From assembly GCF_006345805.1 (NCBI RefSeq), contig NC_043016.1, positions 29,822,001 through 29,886,000 on the forward strand: a stretch of 64,000 nucleotides of DNA, written 5' to 3'. Positions 38,055 through 53,100 of this stretch are shown here, piece by piece (the stretch's first letter is position 1; the number at the start of each line of letters is the position of its first letter). A model generated the notes under the pieces. The model was given only the letters and a program-made list of their open reading frames with translations. It was not told the origin of the DNA and searched no databases. The position numbers and the translations under genes are program-made. This DNA is from Octopus sinensis. Taxonomy: Eukaryota.

Positions 38055-38492
38055 AGGAGTGGCTGTGTGGTAAGCAGCTTGCTTATGAACCACATGGTTC
38101 TGGGTTCAGTCCCACTGCGTGGCACCTTGGGCAAGTGTCTTCCACTTTAGCCTTGGGCCGACAAAGCCTTGTAAGTGGCTTTGGTAGACGGAAACTGAAA
38201 GAAGCCCATCGTATATATGTGTGTGTATATATATATACATACATACATACATACATAATACATATATATATGTATGTGTATGTATATATATTTGTGTGTC
38301 TGTGTTTGTCCCCCCAACATTGCTTGACAACCGATGCTGGTGTGTTTACGTCCCTGTAACTTAGCAGTTCGGCGAAAGAGACCAATAGAATAAGTACTAG
38401 GCTTACAAAGAATAAGTCCTGGGGTCAATTTGCTTGACTAAAGGCGGTGCTCCAGCATGGCCACAGTCAAATGACTGAAACAAGTAAAAGAG
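38055..38492 (+). mobile_element. SINE family B, near full length
   Basis: Co-linear with 7877-8210 and 44250-44657. Confidence 0.85.
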
Positions 38493-39210
38493 TAATAATA
38501 TGTCAGCAATAATTTTAGTTTAATATTTTATACAAAATCACAAAAATATAAGGATCAGAATAACTGTATTTAAATTGACACTAATAACTTAAGTGTCTTT
38601 ATACATACATATACATATATGTATGTGTATGTGTTTATGGAGGGGGGAGTTCTTTATTTAATTCAGAACAAATCTGTTCAATAGATGATCCTTTCACTGA
38701 GAAAAATCCTAAAAAATGGGGTCTTTCTAATCAGATTTTATCATTGTTTTCCCCATTTACTTTTAATCCCTCATTAATCAACTGACTGACTTTTCATACC
38801 ATACCCTTTAGTAAACTTGTGCTCCTTCTTGCTAGTAACATTGCCAACCTCCCCTGTTACAGACCTCAATATCATAAATAATAGATGAAAAAAAAAATAA
38901 GGAAGTTATTTTAATTAATTCTATCAACCAGACTGCTTAAATATCAGTTTATCTTTAGATATCATGCCTCAAACCAGGCCTCTCGCAGTACCCTCAAAAC
39001 CAAGATATTTTCAGCACCCTCTTTAGTATGTTTATGTCACTGGGTATGACAGCCGGTTGTGTTTTATGTCTGTCTTTTTTTTCTCAAATGCTTCTGACTT
39101 TTTTTCAATATATGTTACATTTTATTGCTATTAAAGTAAATGTATGAGCAAACACCCAGACACAGAGAGAGAAAATGCAGAGATGTGATGTGGTGCATTG
39201 AACTTTTTCC

Positions 39211-39246
<36 letters not shown>

Positions 39247-39500
39247 CATATATATATATTCCATATATATATATATATATTCCATATATATATATATATA
39301 TATATCCATAAATATAATATATATATATATTTGAAAAAATGAATAGAAATGTCTTTTTTGATCATTTTTCCACTTTAATAATTAGATGTTTAGACCTTTA
39401 TGTCTAATTATTAAAGTGGAAAAATTATCAAAAGAGCAGCTTCTATCCATTTTTATTCAAATACATAATACTGTACCAAGGATTTCCTATTTCTTATTCT

Positions 39501-39548
<48 letters not shown>

Positions 39549-39551
39549 ATA

Positions 39552-39863
39552 TTCAAGTGACCACGTGACCGACCAGGCCACCAGATGTTGCTACACATCA
39601 CTGGGCACAATGCGCTTCACATTGTTTTAGCCTTCGAATGCCGCCACCCTGCTGGCTAAGCGAGCAGGCCTACAGAAGAAAGAGTGAGAGAAAGTTGTGG
39701 TCAAAGAGTACAGCAGGGATCACCATCACCCCCTGCCGGAGCCTCGTGGAGCTTTTAGGTGTTTTCACTCAATAAACACTCACAACGACCAGTCTCGGAA
39801 TCGAAACCGTGATCCTACGACCATGAGTCCGCTACCCTAACCACTGGGCCATTGCGCCTCCAC
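39552..39863 (-). mobile_element. tRNA-derived SINE family E, full length
   Basis: Minus strand begins gtggaggcgcaatggcccagtggttaggg (A box) ... ggtttcgattcc (B box) and ends in a (TA)n tail. Confidence 0.8.
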
Positions 39864-40477
39864 ACACACACACACATAAAATTAGATAGGCAGACAAGCA
39901 GTAAGATTTAAGTTATGCTACAATCCCCTGCCAATTAGAGACTATTAAGATTATTGAAAAGCTGTAATATATATATATATATATAAATATCTATCTATCT
40001 ATATATATGTATATATAAATATATATATATACACCTACACTGCACACACACACACGGTCTGTATATGTAGACTTATAAATCTTTGAGTGAATTCCGTTTT
40101 GCCTATTTAATTTTCAAGGATCCTTACTTAATATTCCCCAATAAATTCTGGAATGTTAATAATTTACGTTTGTTTATGTACATGCATGAATGGATATGTT
40201 CACACACACACACACACACATACATATGTTGTAGGCGTGAATATGTAAGTGCATGCATGAATACACACAACATGAATAAAAAGTGTATTAATAATCAATT
40301 GCTGTACAAATTTTGTTTGATTTCATTACAATAGTATTTAAAGATGAAGTGCACAATCCGGAACCCCGCCCCACATTCATTATGTACAATTGTATGTAGA
40401 ATATATGTAAGATCAAGAAGTTACATTAGTTCTGTTTGCATTTCCTAAACAATGTATAATCTCAAGTTGCACATTAA

Positions 40478-40543
<66 letters not shown>

Positions 40544-40896
40544 GTATGTATATATATATATATGTATATACCTCATGTACAGATATAAATTATACTGACA
40601 TATAAGTAGCACAGATAAAGGACAGCACCTGCTTTGACCCTCCCTGTGTTCAACCAACCATTAATCTTCAGATATTATCACAACACTGTTATTTTTATTA
40701 CCACCATTTTCAGATACTGCACCACAGCCAAACTCACCTAGAAACATTATTTTAATAGCAACAAAATGTAACATATAAAAAATAAAAAAAATAAAAGTCA
40801 GAAGCATTTGAAAAAAACAAAAAAAAAAAAACAAAAAAAAAAACAACAGACATCAAACACAATCTATTATCATACCCAGTGACATAAACATACTGA

Positions 40897-41070
40897 AGAG
40901 GGTGCTGAAAAGATCCTGGTTGGAGGCCCAACCTTCTGAGTCCATTTACAGGGCTTAGAAAAACTGAAGGACCTCCGCAACAAGTGTGGGAATCTGAGAG
41001 GGGAATATGTTGAATAAAATCATCATTAACTGATCCTTCTGTATTTTCTTTTACCTTTAGCCAGTAACCT
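40897..41070 (+). mobile_element. Internally deleted mariner remnant
   Basis: Left TIR-like gagggtgctgaaaag followed by QGLEKLKDLRNKCGNLRGEYVE*, matching the mariner transposase C-terminus (GI.KL..RW.KC....GEYVE). A complementary right-TIR-like ttttcagcaccctc from another copy lies at about 39008-39021. Confidence 0.7.
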
Positions 41071-42559
41071 CAAATATGTATGCACACAGAAGACAAAAAC
41101 ATTACAAGTTACAGTATTATTAACACACACAAAACTAAATAAAGAAAGCAAAATGATCCACAAACTTATTTAGAGCAATCACAAATACCGGATCTGATAT
41201 TCACAGAAAGAAACAACATTAGTGTACTAACAGTATATTTGGCTAGTCTCAATCTTGACATCCACCACTAGACAATCATCCGGACACTAGACAATCATCT
41301 CTTCACATAAAATAAAAAAAATCTCAAAAAACTCATGAAACTAGTCAAAACTGGAAAAAACAAGGATGGCTCTCAGGGACAGTCATGCTTGGACTCGTGA
41401 TCTCTTATGACCGTCATCATTATAATCATCATCATCATTATTATTATTAAACATCTATTTTTCATGCTAGCATGGTTTGGACAGTTCAACAGGGATTGGC
41501 AAGCCAGAGGACTGCCCCAAAGTTCAAATGTCTATTTTGGCATGGTTTCCATGGCTGAATGTTCTTCCTAGCTTTAACCACTTTACAGAGTGTACTGGGT
41601 GCTTTTCATGTGGTACCAGCATTAGTGAGGTTACCAAGTAACTTGCAAGACAAGACAAGATGTCTCAAATGAGTGGAGTGTGAGTAGTATTGAGGGAGGT
41701 GGCTTTATACCAGGTGATGTGATGTGGAGACAAGAACAGATGTCAAGCTGTAAGGGAGATACATGGCTACTCCAGTTGATGGAGAAGCAGGATGGTGGTG
41801 AAGATGTGTCAGGTTGTACGCTAAAGCTTCAGGAAAGTGAATAAAGAGAAGTAGTATGGGTGGGTAAATAAGTTCACAGGAGTGTGAATATCTGTTGAAG
41901 GAGGTGTAGGAAGTAAGCGTGAGTTAGATGTGTTAGCAGAATGATGCAAGGTGTGGGTAGGGGTGACATGCAAGAGATGCACGGGTTCTAGGGGCAAAGT
42001 CAGAGATACAAGAGGGTGGAAATGTGGGAGATGGTCGTGGAGAGGGGCTCCTGCTGGCCTAATGAAGGGCTGCATATGGAAAGGAAAGATTGAAGAAGCA
42101 TGCTGTGCTCAGTATGCTATGCTACCTAGCCATTCTTTCTGATCATAGATTTACTTAAAGAGGACCCGATCTAACTGGACATACGGCACCACAACAATTA
42201 TCACTGATGAAGAACATTCTTCCACTGTCTAACTTATATCTCTCTGATGATAGAATACCCAACTTACAAAGTCTTCACTTGATATGATGATCCTACAGCT
42301 GGGATATCCCAGAAACAGTAGTCAGACACCTTTTTTTTTTTAACCATTAAATGAAATTAAATGTCCTTGCAATGCCTTGCCTAATTGTTTGTCTTTCCTA
42401 ACTACTTTAGCTTTATATATATATATATATAGTTGGAATTTGCAAAAACAAAAACAAAACAAAAGATGAAGACAGGTGTGTAAACAACAAAAGATGTAAT
42501 AGTTTAACACTCAGGAAGTGAAAAAGTCTTTTATGCTCTTCAACAGAAAGGAACATGCA

Positions 42560-42591
<32 letters not shown>

Positions 42592-43371
42592 ATATATATA
42601 TATATAATATAATATATATATATATTATATTCTTTTATTTGTTTCAGTCATTTGACTTTAGCCATGCTGGAGCACTGCCTTTAGTCGAACAAATCAACCC
42701 CAGGACTTAATCTTTTAAGCCTAGTACTTATTCTATCGGTCTCTTTTGCCGAACCACTAAGTTATGGGGACGTAAACACACCAGCATCGATTGTCAAGCG
42801 ATAGTTGGGTGACAAACGTATACACACACACACACATATATATATAGGACGGGCTTCTTTCAGTTTCTGCCTAGCAAATCCACTCACAAGGAACAATGAG
42901 GTTGGTAAGCAAGCTACTCACTACACAGACACTCCTGTACCTATATATATATATCTATATAACATATCAAACATTATTATTGTGTTAGAAAACAGAAAGA
43001 TCTAATGGATACAAATTAATTTATTAATTAATCAATATATTCACCTACAATGGTTTCATTTCACAAACAAAATTAAAATTACAAAACATACATAAATATA
43101 TCATTTTGCATTTTAAATACCTTGTATGGGAATCATCAGAGTGTACAAAAGACAATAAGGTTTACATTAGCATACATTTGGAATACGGAGAATATATACT
43201 GCACTGTATTGAACACTTGATGTGGTTTTTAGAGTCAAGTTTTGACTGCTATTTCAAGCATGGTGGTATCTCTTGGATACCCCTATTTATAATTTAATAA
43301 TAAGTATAACCTATAAGGTTTTTCTTCTCATGCTTCCACTTGATTTGATCGGTATTTAAAATAACTTATCC

Positions 43372-43416
<45 letters not shown>

Positions 43417-44249
43417 TGGCATTGGGAAGGGCATCCAGCTGTAGAAACGCTGCCAGATCAGACTGGAGCCTGGTGCAGCCTCCTGGCTTCCCAGACCCCG
43501 GCCGAACCGTCCAACCCATTCTAGCATGGAAAATGGACGCTAAACGATGATTATATATATATATATATATACATACATACTTTGACATCCCCCCTCTCTC
43601 TCTTTGTGTATAGTCAAATTGAACATTAACAATTGGACACCAAAAATAACAAAAACAAAACAAGAGAACATACATATGGAATGTATTAGTTTGATGCTCA
43701 GTAAAGATGGAAGTAAGATGGAATTAAGAGTAGGTTTTTAACATTTTGAGCAGAGCTCTTCATCTGAAAGAGGCGAAAGCAAAAGTCCAGAGAAGGAAAA
43801 AGACCAGGAACAGCATGTGTGTGGTTACATGGCTATATATATATATATAAAGATAGATAGATACACACACATACTCATACATGTGTATACATATTTATAT
43901 ACACCTATTGGATGCACATACATATACATATGTGTATATGCATTGGTGTGTGAATGTGTGCATGTGTTTGTTTACATTTTTTTAGATTGATGACATCAGT
44001 AAAATGTTATCCTTTACTCGGGGAAAGGAAATAAAGGTTTGTATCAGAAAGGGTAAGTATGGAAAAATGAACTAAAATGAAAAAAAAAAAAAAAATGAAA
44101 GTATCTATGTCAACATATATATATTCTCATTCACTTAACATCTATATATATATGTTAAGTGAATGATAATATTTTGAAAACAAAAGGGCTTAATATTTAA
44201 TTTCATATATATATATATATTTGTATATATATATGAAGGAGGAGTGGTG

Positions 44250-44413
44250 CAGGCACAGGAGTGGCTCTGTGATAAGTAGCTTGCTAACCAACCACATGGT
44301 TCTGGGTTCAGTCCCACTGCGTGGCACCTTGGGCAGGTGTCCTCTGCTATAGCCCCGGGCCGACCAATGCCTTGTGAGTGGATTTGGTAGACGGAAACTG
44401 AAAGAAGCCTGTC

Positions 44414-44447
<34 letters not shown>

Positions 44448-44657
44448 TTGTGTGTCTGTGTTTGTCCCCCTAGCATTGCTTGACAACCGATGCTGGTGTG
44501 TTTATGTCCCCGTTACTTAGCGGTTCGGCAAAAGAGACCGATAGAATAAGTACTGGGCTTACAAAAAGAATAAGTCCCTGGGGTGAGTTGCTCAATTAAA
44601 GGTGGTGCTCCAGCATGGCCGCAGTCAAATGACTGAAACAAGTAAAAGAGTAAAGAG
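44250..44657 (+). mobile_element. SINE family B, near-consensus copy
   Basis: Co-linear with 38055-38492; CpGs largely retained. Confidence 0.85.
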
Positions 44658-45584
44658 TATATGTGTGACTAATATATTTAATGCAATTTATGATAAAAAT
44701 TTGCAGTTTTATTTTGATTAAAATTATTGTGTCTTCTGACCAAAATCTTTGAAAGTTATCTACCTGCTTTAACATCTGTGACCGCCACCCATCCATTTGT
44801 TGTTTTGCTCTTCTCTCCATAGCATGACCAATGGGGCACACATTGTGTTTTATTATATGTAAGAGTTGGCTCTCAGATATAAGGAATACTTTTCAAGAGC
44901 AGAAATACTTCAGCAGCCATCAGATGCTGTTGACTCTGTACAGTAAACTATCACTCTTGCAGTACTGCTCATGCATCTATGGGACAATAACACTGTTATA
45001 ACTACCACCACACAAATATCCTTTACCGTAACCAGAAGAACATCTGATGAATCAACATAGATTCACAGCCCAACATGCTACAATCTCTGATCTATAAACA
45101 CACTATCTCTTCTCTCTGCCACTTCTGTCACTACTATAATAGCCTATGATCTTCTGAATAGCTATTTGTATACACCCCTACCAAAGCTTACCAAAACATA
45201 CTTTTGTTTCTTCTTTTCATCTTGACTGAGGCTCCATTCTGCAATAACATTTTCCCCAATAACTTCTTCACTCTCCCATTTCTTAGGAATTATCTCCCAT
45301 TATTTATGTTATTTTCCTGCAGTCATGGATCTCACAAACACTTCACCCTCCAATACCTTGTTATATAATACATGTGACATATTATTTTGACAGTTTCTCT
45401 AGCTTACAGACACTGTTATCAATTGATTTATATTGATTTCTGATTTTGTCCCAAAGCCACAGATTTTCCAAGTTAATAGCTGATTAAAACACTCCTTATA
45501 CATAACTAGTTTTTATTTCACCAACATTGGGATGATAAAAGGCAAAGTCCAACAGGATTCTAATTCAGAACATAAATACGAAAC

Positions 45585-45810
45585 ATGTTTTGTCAATGGT
45601 TGCGTCACTTCAGATGAAGTGTTCCTTAACATATGTGGTCAATGGTTGTCATTTCACAAGTGTAGTCCATTAATATGTTTTGCCAATGACTGTCATTTTA
45701 CTGGTATAGTTCATTAATATATTTTGTCAATGACTGTCATTTCACAGCTGTAATTAATTAACGTATTTTGTCAATGACTGTCATTTCACAGGCATAGTTC
45801 CTTAGCATAT
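45585..45810. repeat. About 43-bp minisatellite, ~5 diverged copies (ttttgtcaatgactgtcatttcacag...)
   Basis: The tgtcaatg-type anchor recurs at about 45591, 45638, 45681, 45725 and 45768. Confidence 0.85.
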
Positions 45811-46602
45811 CTTACTCAATGTCTCATTTCCCATTCCAGACTGCAACATAAGAACACATGCAATCACCTATGGCATGTCAGAATGTAAAGTATCAATTCC
45901 AACCTTCTGGAGCCGGGGATCACATAACTAATTGTTCAACCAACTATTTACTTAATGCAGTCAGAGTTGACCTGCAAATACATAATAGTTACAACACACT
46001 CCTAACTTCATTAATAATATCCTGGTACATTTATAAATTATGATAGTAGCCTTTATATATCTCAACATCGTTTACACCTTAGAACTCTACAATATGTAGC
46101 TGAAAATACTTTAAAGAGATGCAGTTACACAGGAATTCAAAAATGTTTTCTCTAACTTCATTTTCTGTTTGTTAGTTTTTTTTAGTTCATACTAATTATC
46201 ACAATCAAGTCCAATCTGGAGTAGATCCTGCATTTATGGATTTGTTTTTGGTATTTAAGCACTTACATTTGGTACAAATAAATATGGTCTTTGAACAACT
46301 CGAGCTCATTAATAAACTAATACATTGACAGTAAAATATATATATGTTTGTTTAAATATTGCTTGAAGGTCTCTACATTGATGTTACATGACATAAAGGA
46401 AAGAGCAGCAAGTTCAGTTTGTTAACAGCTGCTGGCAATAAATTATTTGTCATGCCCAAACCATAGTCATTACTGCAATAAATATCTTAAACCGAATGGC
46501 ATTTTGTATATTAATCAGACTTGGAAACATTTGAGAAACAATAATATACTTGGTAAATACTCCAAGCTTTTATCACAGAATTCAATGTTCAACTCCCATT
46601 AA

Positions 46603-46664
<62 letters not shown>

Positions 46665-47367
46665 GTGTAATAAATATATGCATACATACAAACATATATG
46701 TACGTACCTACATCTACATGTATATATACATGCATATATAAATATATATACGTGAGTACAGGACACCACAACTAGACGTAGAACTCAACGAGAAACGAAA
46801 ACGGAAAAACCATTTTTTTACAACATATATATATATATACATATTCTCTTTATTTCTGCTCAACATGCTCGACTATATAATTAATTTGATTCAGTTAGTT
46901 GGAACTAAAACTAACTAGGATTTAGATTTCACAAGGCCTGATATTTTGTGCTCAGATCTTCAGCTTAATTGACAGCCAAAGAAAGCACAAAATATCAGGC
47001 CCGGTAAAACCCAGAGTTCCAGTTAATTCTAATTTCAGATGATTGAATAAAATAAATTATTTATATGCTATCCTCAGTATTCCGAACTCTTTTTCATTCA
47101 TTATAATTAATGCACATAGACAGACAGACAGAGAGACATACACACACATATAAGTATGCACACATGCCATTATGGAGGGGAAAAAAAAAAAAAAAATAAA
47201 ATAGACCCTACTGCAGGAGTTAAACCACAAATCTACAGGTTGCCAGAATGATTGTTCGGCTGAGTATATCAAATAGGTTCGGCCAATTCTGTCAAAGTAG
47301 TACTTATATACATTACTAGGTAAGATAATGTGTATTGCCATCCCTCAAATCACAAGAATCCCACATA

Positions 47368-47595
47368 CCTATTTCTTTACTACCCACAAGGGGCTAAACA
47401 CAGAGGGGACAAACAAGGACAGACATAGGTATTAAGTCGATTACATCGACCCCAGTGCGTAACTGGTACTTAATTTATCGACCCCGAAAGGATGAAAGGC
47501 AAAGTCGACCTCAGCGGAATTTGAACTCAGAACGTAACGGCAGACAAAATATGGCTACGCATTTCGCCTGGCGTGCTAACGATTCTGCCAGCTCA
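47368..47595 (-). mobile_element. SINE family A copy, slightly 5'-truncated
   Basis: Co-linear with 21831-22063. Confidence 0.88.
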
Positions 47596-49906
47596 TACCT
47601 TCATAGCCACTCAGTCACCAACAGACAGGCCATCCCATATACATATATATACCAACGAAAACACTAACATTATTTAGTTAATATTATGTGAAAAGTACTA
47701 ACCAAAACTACTACTACTTATACATATACATCCCCACATGCTTTATATAACCCACTTAATACGACACATATCAAACTGTATGTGTAGGCTCCTTGTTACT
47801 AATAAGGAAAAAGTCATGCAACACTAATTTTAATTCATGTCACAATTAAAAAGAAAAAAAACGAAAGCATAATTATTATCATAACATCTTAGTTTGAACA
47901 TTGTCCATGGTTTTAATACTGTACAGATATTAAAATCATATGTAAAAATCAAATGTTCAAGTATTCAGTTTCATGGTGCGAGAGCATACACAAATTGATA
48001 TAATAAGCATCAAGATTGTACAGACAAGGCCAGATGGTTAAATGTACTTCACAATCATGAAGTCTTGAGTTCAATTCCAATATGTGGAATCTTGGACATG
48101 TATCCTCAACTATAACAATGTCAGATTGAGCAAAGATCTGTGATTAAAATAAAGTGGAAAGAAACTGTGGAAGCTGGTGAAATTAATTATATTTGTATTT
48201 CAAAGTGTCATATACTTTGTCGTACAGTTTTACACTAATTCTTTTTAAGAATCACATTAAAGATATATAGAGAACACAAGCCACTTACATTATAAATCAA
48301 TGAACAGGTTGTTTTGTGGCATCTTGGGCAAGTGTCTAACACTATAGCCCTGGGCTGAGCAGAGCCTTGTGAGTGGATTTGGTAGATGGAAACTGAAAGA
48401 AGCCTGTCATGCATGCATGTGTTTATCTCCCCTGACCACTTGACAACCAGTATTAGTGTGTTTACATCTCCATAATTTAGCAGTTTAGCAAAAGAGACTG
48501 ATAGAATGGGCTTTAAAAAATAAGTACTGGGGTCAATTTATTTGACTACAATCCTACAAAAAGGTGCCCCAGCATGGCTGCAGTCTAATGAGTGAAACAA
48601 GTAAAAGACAAAGAAGATATATGAGTGTGGTACTATATAATTAAGTCCATTAAATATTTTCAGAAAGGCATCCCTGAGTGGATTCTAGCAGCCCTTGATG
48701 ACGTGAAGGTAGAATGGCAATTAATGTTTTAACATCCATTTTCCTAAACTAGCAAGGTTTGGAGGAGGAACTCCTTCAAACAGTATTTTACAGCGAGGTG
48801 CTTTAACCATTGCCAACTCTTACTTGTTTTCAACTAAGGAACTTCTTATAATCCAGAGGTCTTTGAAAGCACAATGAGATTGGTCATAATGTCAAAAAGA
48901 AATGTCAATACCAACACTGCTTTGCTCAACCAGTGACAAGCAATGGATATTAATATTCTTGCACATTTACACACATACAACAGGTTGCTTGTAGTCTGTG
49001 TCTATTAAATTCTCTCACAAGGCATTGGGTATAATTTGGTCAAAGGGCTTTTATAGCAAAAGAGATTTATCTGATGTGCTGTAAAACCACATGGTTAAGA
49101 ACTTATTTTTTTTACTTAGCCATGTCTGTGTGTGTGTGTAACCAAACAAACATTCAAAATAGATCATGGTCCATGATACTGCTAAATAATAAAATATTAA
49201 ACATTTCAAAAATCAATAGTTTACCAATAAAGTAATTGCAATTAACAGAAATTGATAAACAGGTGTATTATCATTATCATCAACATAATTGTTTATTGTC
49301 TGTCTTCCCATGCTTGCATGGGTTGGGTAGTATGACAAGCTCCGATGAGCTGGAGGACTGCATCAAGCTCCAATGTCTGCTTTAGCATAGCTATTAGAAA
49401 AAAAATTGTTTTCAAAATTTCACAAAAACATTGAGAGAAATTTTCTAACATGGCAGAATTAATGAGAAATGAGAGTGGTGGTAGAGTTTAACATAAGGAA
49501 CCACAAACCTGTAGAGGTTGGAGGAAAAAAAGAGAAAGGCAAGAAAGAGACAAGCATGAATCCAAGAATGACTCTCTGGAACATAGCAAAGTAAGTTAAG
49601 GAATTAGCTGGTAATTAGTTATAGAATACTTAAGCAGTGTTGAATTGAGTGAATGAAACTCAAGTACCGACAAAAACAAAGAAAAAGAAAACACTGTGTG
49701 TGTGTGTGTATAATATGATATTATATTTATAAAATAAATGTAACAATAATTCGTTTGAATGATTTTCAAAGCAACACAAAATACATGAGAGAAAAGATTG
49801 ACTAAATTTAGTAACATTTAAATTTTATCATTTTTAATTAATTATCAAATGAAGGCAATGTCACATGAATTGTGAAATGTGAGTGGAACGACAATACAAT
49901 ACTTAC

Positions 49907-50148
49907 ATTTAACATAGCATTTGAAGCAATCCTAAATAAAGTTGCTCGTTCATTGATGGCTTTTATTTTGCTAGTAGAATCTGCAGCACTGTCGATCTGC
50001 TCGTGCTCATTAAGGGCACGTTGGAATGCAGCACCTTGCTTTACAATGAGGTCATAGCATGTGCTCAGGTCTCCAAAGCGAGCATTTAAGGCATTCACTG
50101 TATTAACCAATTCAGTTTTGTCGGGCTGATTTTCATCATCATCACTGT
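49907..50148 (-). CDS. OSBP: OSBP exon: (D)SDDDENQPDKTELVNTVNALNARFGDLSTCYDLIVKQGAAFQRALNEHEQIDSAADSTSKIKAINERATLFRIASNAMLN
   Basis: Matches the OSBP post-PH helical region (DKTEL...DLSTC.DLI.K.G.A.QR.L...NERATLFRI.SNAM.N). Acceptor tttcttttacAG, donor GTAAGT at 49906. 242 nt; its phase 1 start joins the previous exon's terminal G to give GAC; phase 0 out. Confidence 0.96.
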
Positions 50149-53100
50149 CTGTAAAAGAAAGTAGAGAAAAAAAAAAGTAACAGTAATTCTAGTTACAAAA
50201 AGTTAGTTTAACAAAATCTCAGTATGTTTGTTGGATCATTATATTTCAAACACTTTTGTAATGGTTTACTAACCAATCAATCCTCATCATCATTTAATGT
50301 CTGCTTTCCATGCTAGCATGAGTTGGATAGTTAGACAGAAGCTGTCCAGCTGAAGGATTGTTCAGGCTCCATGTCTGTTTCGATATGGTTCCTATAGCTG
50401 GATGCCCTTCCTAACACCAACCACTCTACAGAGTGTACAGGTGCTATTTTCATGGCACCAGCACTTATGAACCAGCAAAATTAGGGATGCTCAGCTGAGA
50501 GGGGTTGCAAGGGATCATTATTTATATTTCTTCCATTTCAATGGGGTTTAGGCTCTATTTATTGCTATACTAAACTGATATACAATAGGCAGAGACTAGG
50601 GGTGTAAGTGGCCAATCTCTTTTGGAGTGCTTTAGTTGGGTTCAGTCTGAAAACTTCTGACAAGCTTTGAAACCAGGCTCTAAACAAGGGGATATTGAAA
50701 CTGGTGCACTAACAGCCTTCTACACTTCCCTAGATGCCAAAGACTACTGGTAAACCTATTAGATATTCCTCTCTCATTGTCTCCAATATCCAGGGACACC
50801 AATCCAATCTGAACCCTATGTGTCCCCTCTGATTTCAATGCCCACAACTCTTATTGGCTCTCACACTCATTCCATACAAATGTTACTGAGACAGAGGAGC
50901 TGCTATAAGCAGTTGTTCAACTGGATAGAAATTAAAGCAAAACTTCACACAAGAAATTCTACCTACTTAAAAAAGAAAAGGAAAGAAAAGGTCACACCAG
51001 ATAATGATAAGGGATACTAAAAAAAACAAAAAAAAACAAAAAAACAAGACAGTTATGGCTGGAGCACACTTATATATATAGTTCTGTTTGATCAGTACTG
51101 ACTTGAGAGCTAAACAATAACACCATGTGATTCTGAAAGAGAGCTGGTAAATATATATCAAATGTATATCAACTTTCCTCACCCAACAATATCAGGAATT
51201 ACAGAGACATTATAATCAAGTCATCAATGAGAGTATATAATTACAAAGGGAAGCAGATGGAAAACTAACTGAAAAACTGGTAATTTATTATTTATTAAAA
51301 CTACTGAAGATCTTAATACAAATTTCTTATATTTTTTATCTTTGCTATTATTCTATGGCAATGAAGAAGGTTGTGAAAAAATATCTAGTAGAAAGGGGTA
51401 AAAAATCATTAAAATCAGAGGCAACAGGTCCAAGTTTTCTAAATATCCAACCACAATGGGTGCATATCATTCCTTAAATCAGCCACTGAGGGAGATGTTT
51501 GTAAATGCAAAGTAGATACTTTGAAAACTGTCTACTAATAAATATATGCATATATTTATTGAAAACTGTCTACTAATAGCTCTGATCATTTATTTAATCC
51601 ATAGATGTTTTGGAATAATATGAATTTTTCTCATTTAGCTCTTAACATACTGTACAACATGAATCCACCCAAATATATGTAACTTTCAGTTTTATATCAC
51701 CTGAAACTACCTGAATCAAACCACTCTTGTTTATACTGTCCTAAAGGCAGATATGAACTCTCAAATTTAAGGGAGAAAACTTTAATCCCTTCCTCTATAA
51801 TTTATTTACATTCTGTAATATGCAATATCAACATCAATGTGTATGTTGCTAAATTTTTGCAATTTATTTTCAGGATTTTTTAATCAAAACTTTTATGCAA
51901 ATTAGGTTATGTTGTTTGTAAAGCTTCACTGTAAATTTCAAACTGAGAAAGATGCAAAAAGGTCTGGAAAAAATGATTTTTTTTCTTTTTTGTTTCTGAT
52001 GTATGTCCAAGCCTGCGAATAATTACATTTACTTTATCACAAACATCTTTCTTTGCATCATCTTTTTTGAGTGTATTTAATTATATCATTTTTTAGCACA
52101 AATGACTAATTTGTATAAACAAATACATTTTAAGGTATTTTCAACTCAATCATTACAGGACTGAGCTTCTGATTTAGAAAATTGACAAGCGGATGATAAG
52201 AATTCAGCAAATTTAAGAAACATCAATCTGAATAAAACCTGCCGTGGACATATGGAGTGGTGTGATGAACTGAGTATGAATGCATCGATATATTAAGAAT
52301 AATTGAATTTCAAAGAAACATTTGGACACTCCAATATAATTTCTGAGTAAACTGTTAGTCTTGAGAAAATATATTTGAGTGTCTGGAAGCCAATTACCAT
52401 TAAAAGAAACTAATGCTTGAGGATGTGCAATAAAAACTAAAAGAAAAAGCTATATTATTGTTGATGAGAAAGATGTTTTAAATTACAATGCTTAACTGAG
52501 CTTGCAAAATTTTTATCACAAAAAAATAGCTTACCTTAATTGAATTTTTATCAAAATTCTTATTTCAAAAATTCATTGAAAATAGAAAAGATTAAATTTA
52601 AGAAGTCTCCAATACATTTAAACTGAAGGCTGTATTATATTGTAAGATAATTGTTGTTGCTTATGATGATGATAATGATGGTGTGTGTGTGTGGTGGGGA
52701 GTAAGACTATTGTAATTTATGCATTGTAATTTCTGTGTAAATCCACTTTTAGGAAAATTATAAAAATAAGAAACATTAATGATCACAGCCACATCTGAAG
52801 GAAACAAAGATGTTTGTTAAAAAATATCAGGGATTAAATCTCATGAAACAGTGGGAGTAGCAGAGAGGGAAAATTGGATGTGACTCAGTGGTTGGTGTTA
52901 AGAAGGGCATCCAGCCATAAAAACCATGCCTGGGGTAGTTTTTCTACCTGGTAGGCTCCTGTCAAACTGTCCAACCCATTCCAGTATGGGAGGCAGACGT
53001 TAAACAATGATGATATATACATATATATTTATATAATCATCATAATTTTAATGTCCTTTTCCATGCTTTGTCAGACAAAGTTTATTGAGGTAGATTTTTA

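Larger units (their letters stand above)
5927..49906 (-). other. OSBP: 43,980-bp phase-0 GT-AG intron of OSBP
   Basis: Defined by the donor at 49906 and the acceptor at 5927. The flanking exons join in frame and I found no intervening OSBP-like coding sequence. Confidence 0.85.

Noticed and set aside
39552-39863. tRNA-like sequences here and at 23131, 18502 and 63580
   Set aside because: They are SINE heads with A/B boxes but no complete cloverleaf; not called as tRNA genes.
40890-40915. CUGAAGA-gggugcu-GAAA motif
   Set aside because: It overlaps a mariner TIR and has no stem I or stem III.
39004-40915. 18/19 inverted repeat pair 1.9 kb apart
   Set aside because: The TIRs face outward (right end, then left end), so they belong to two separate mariner remnants rather than one element.
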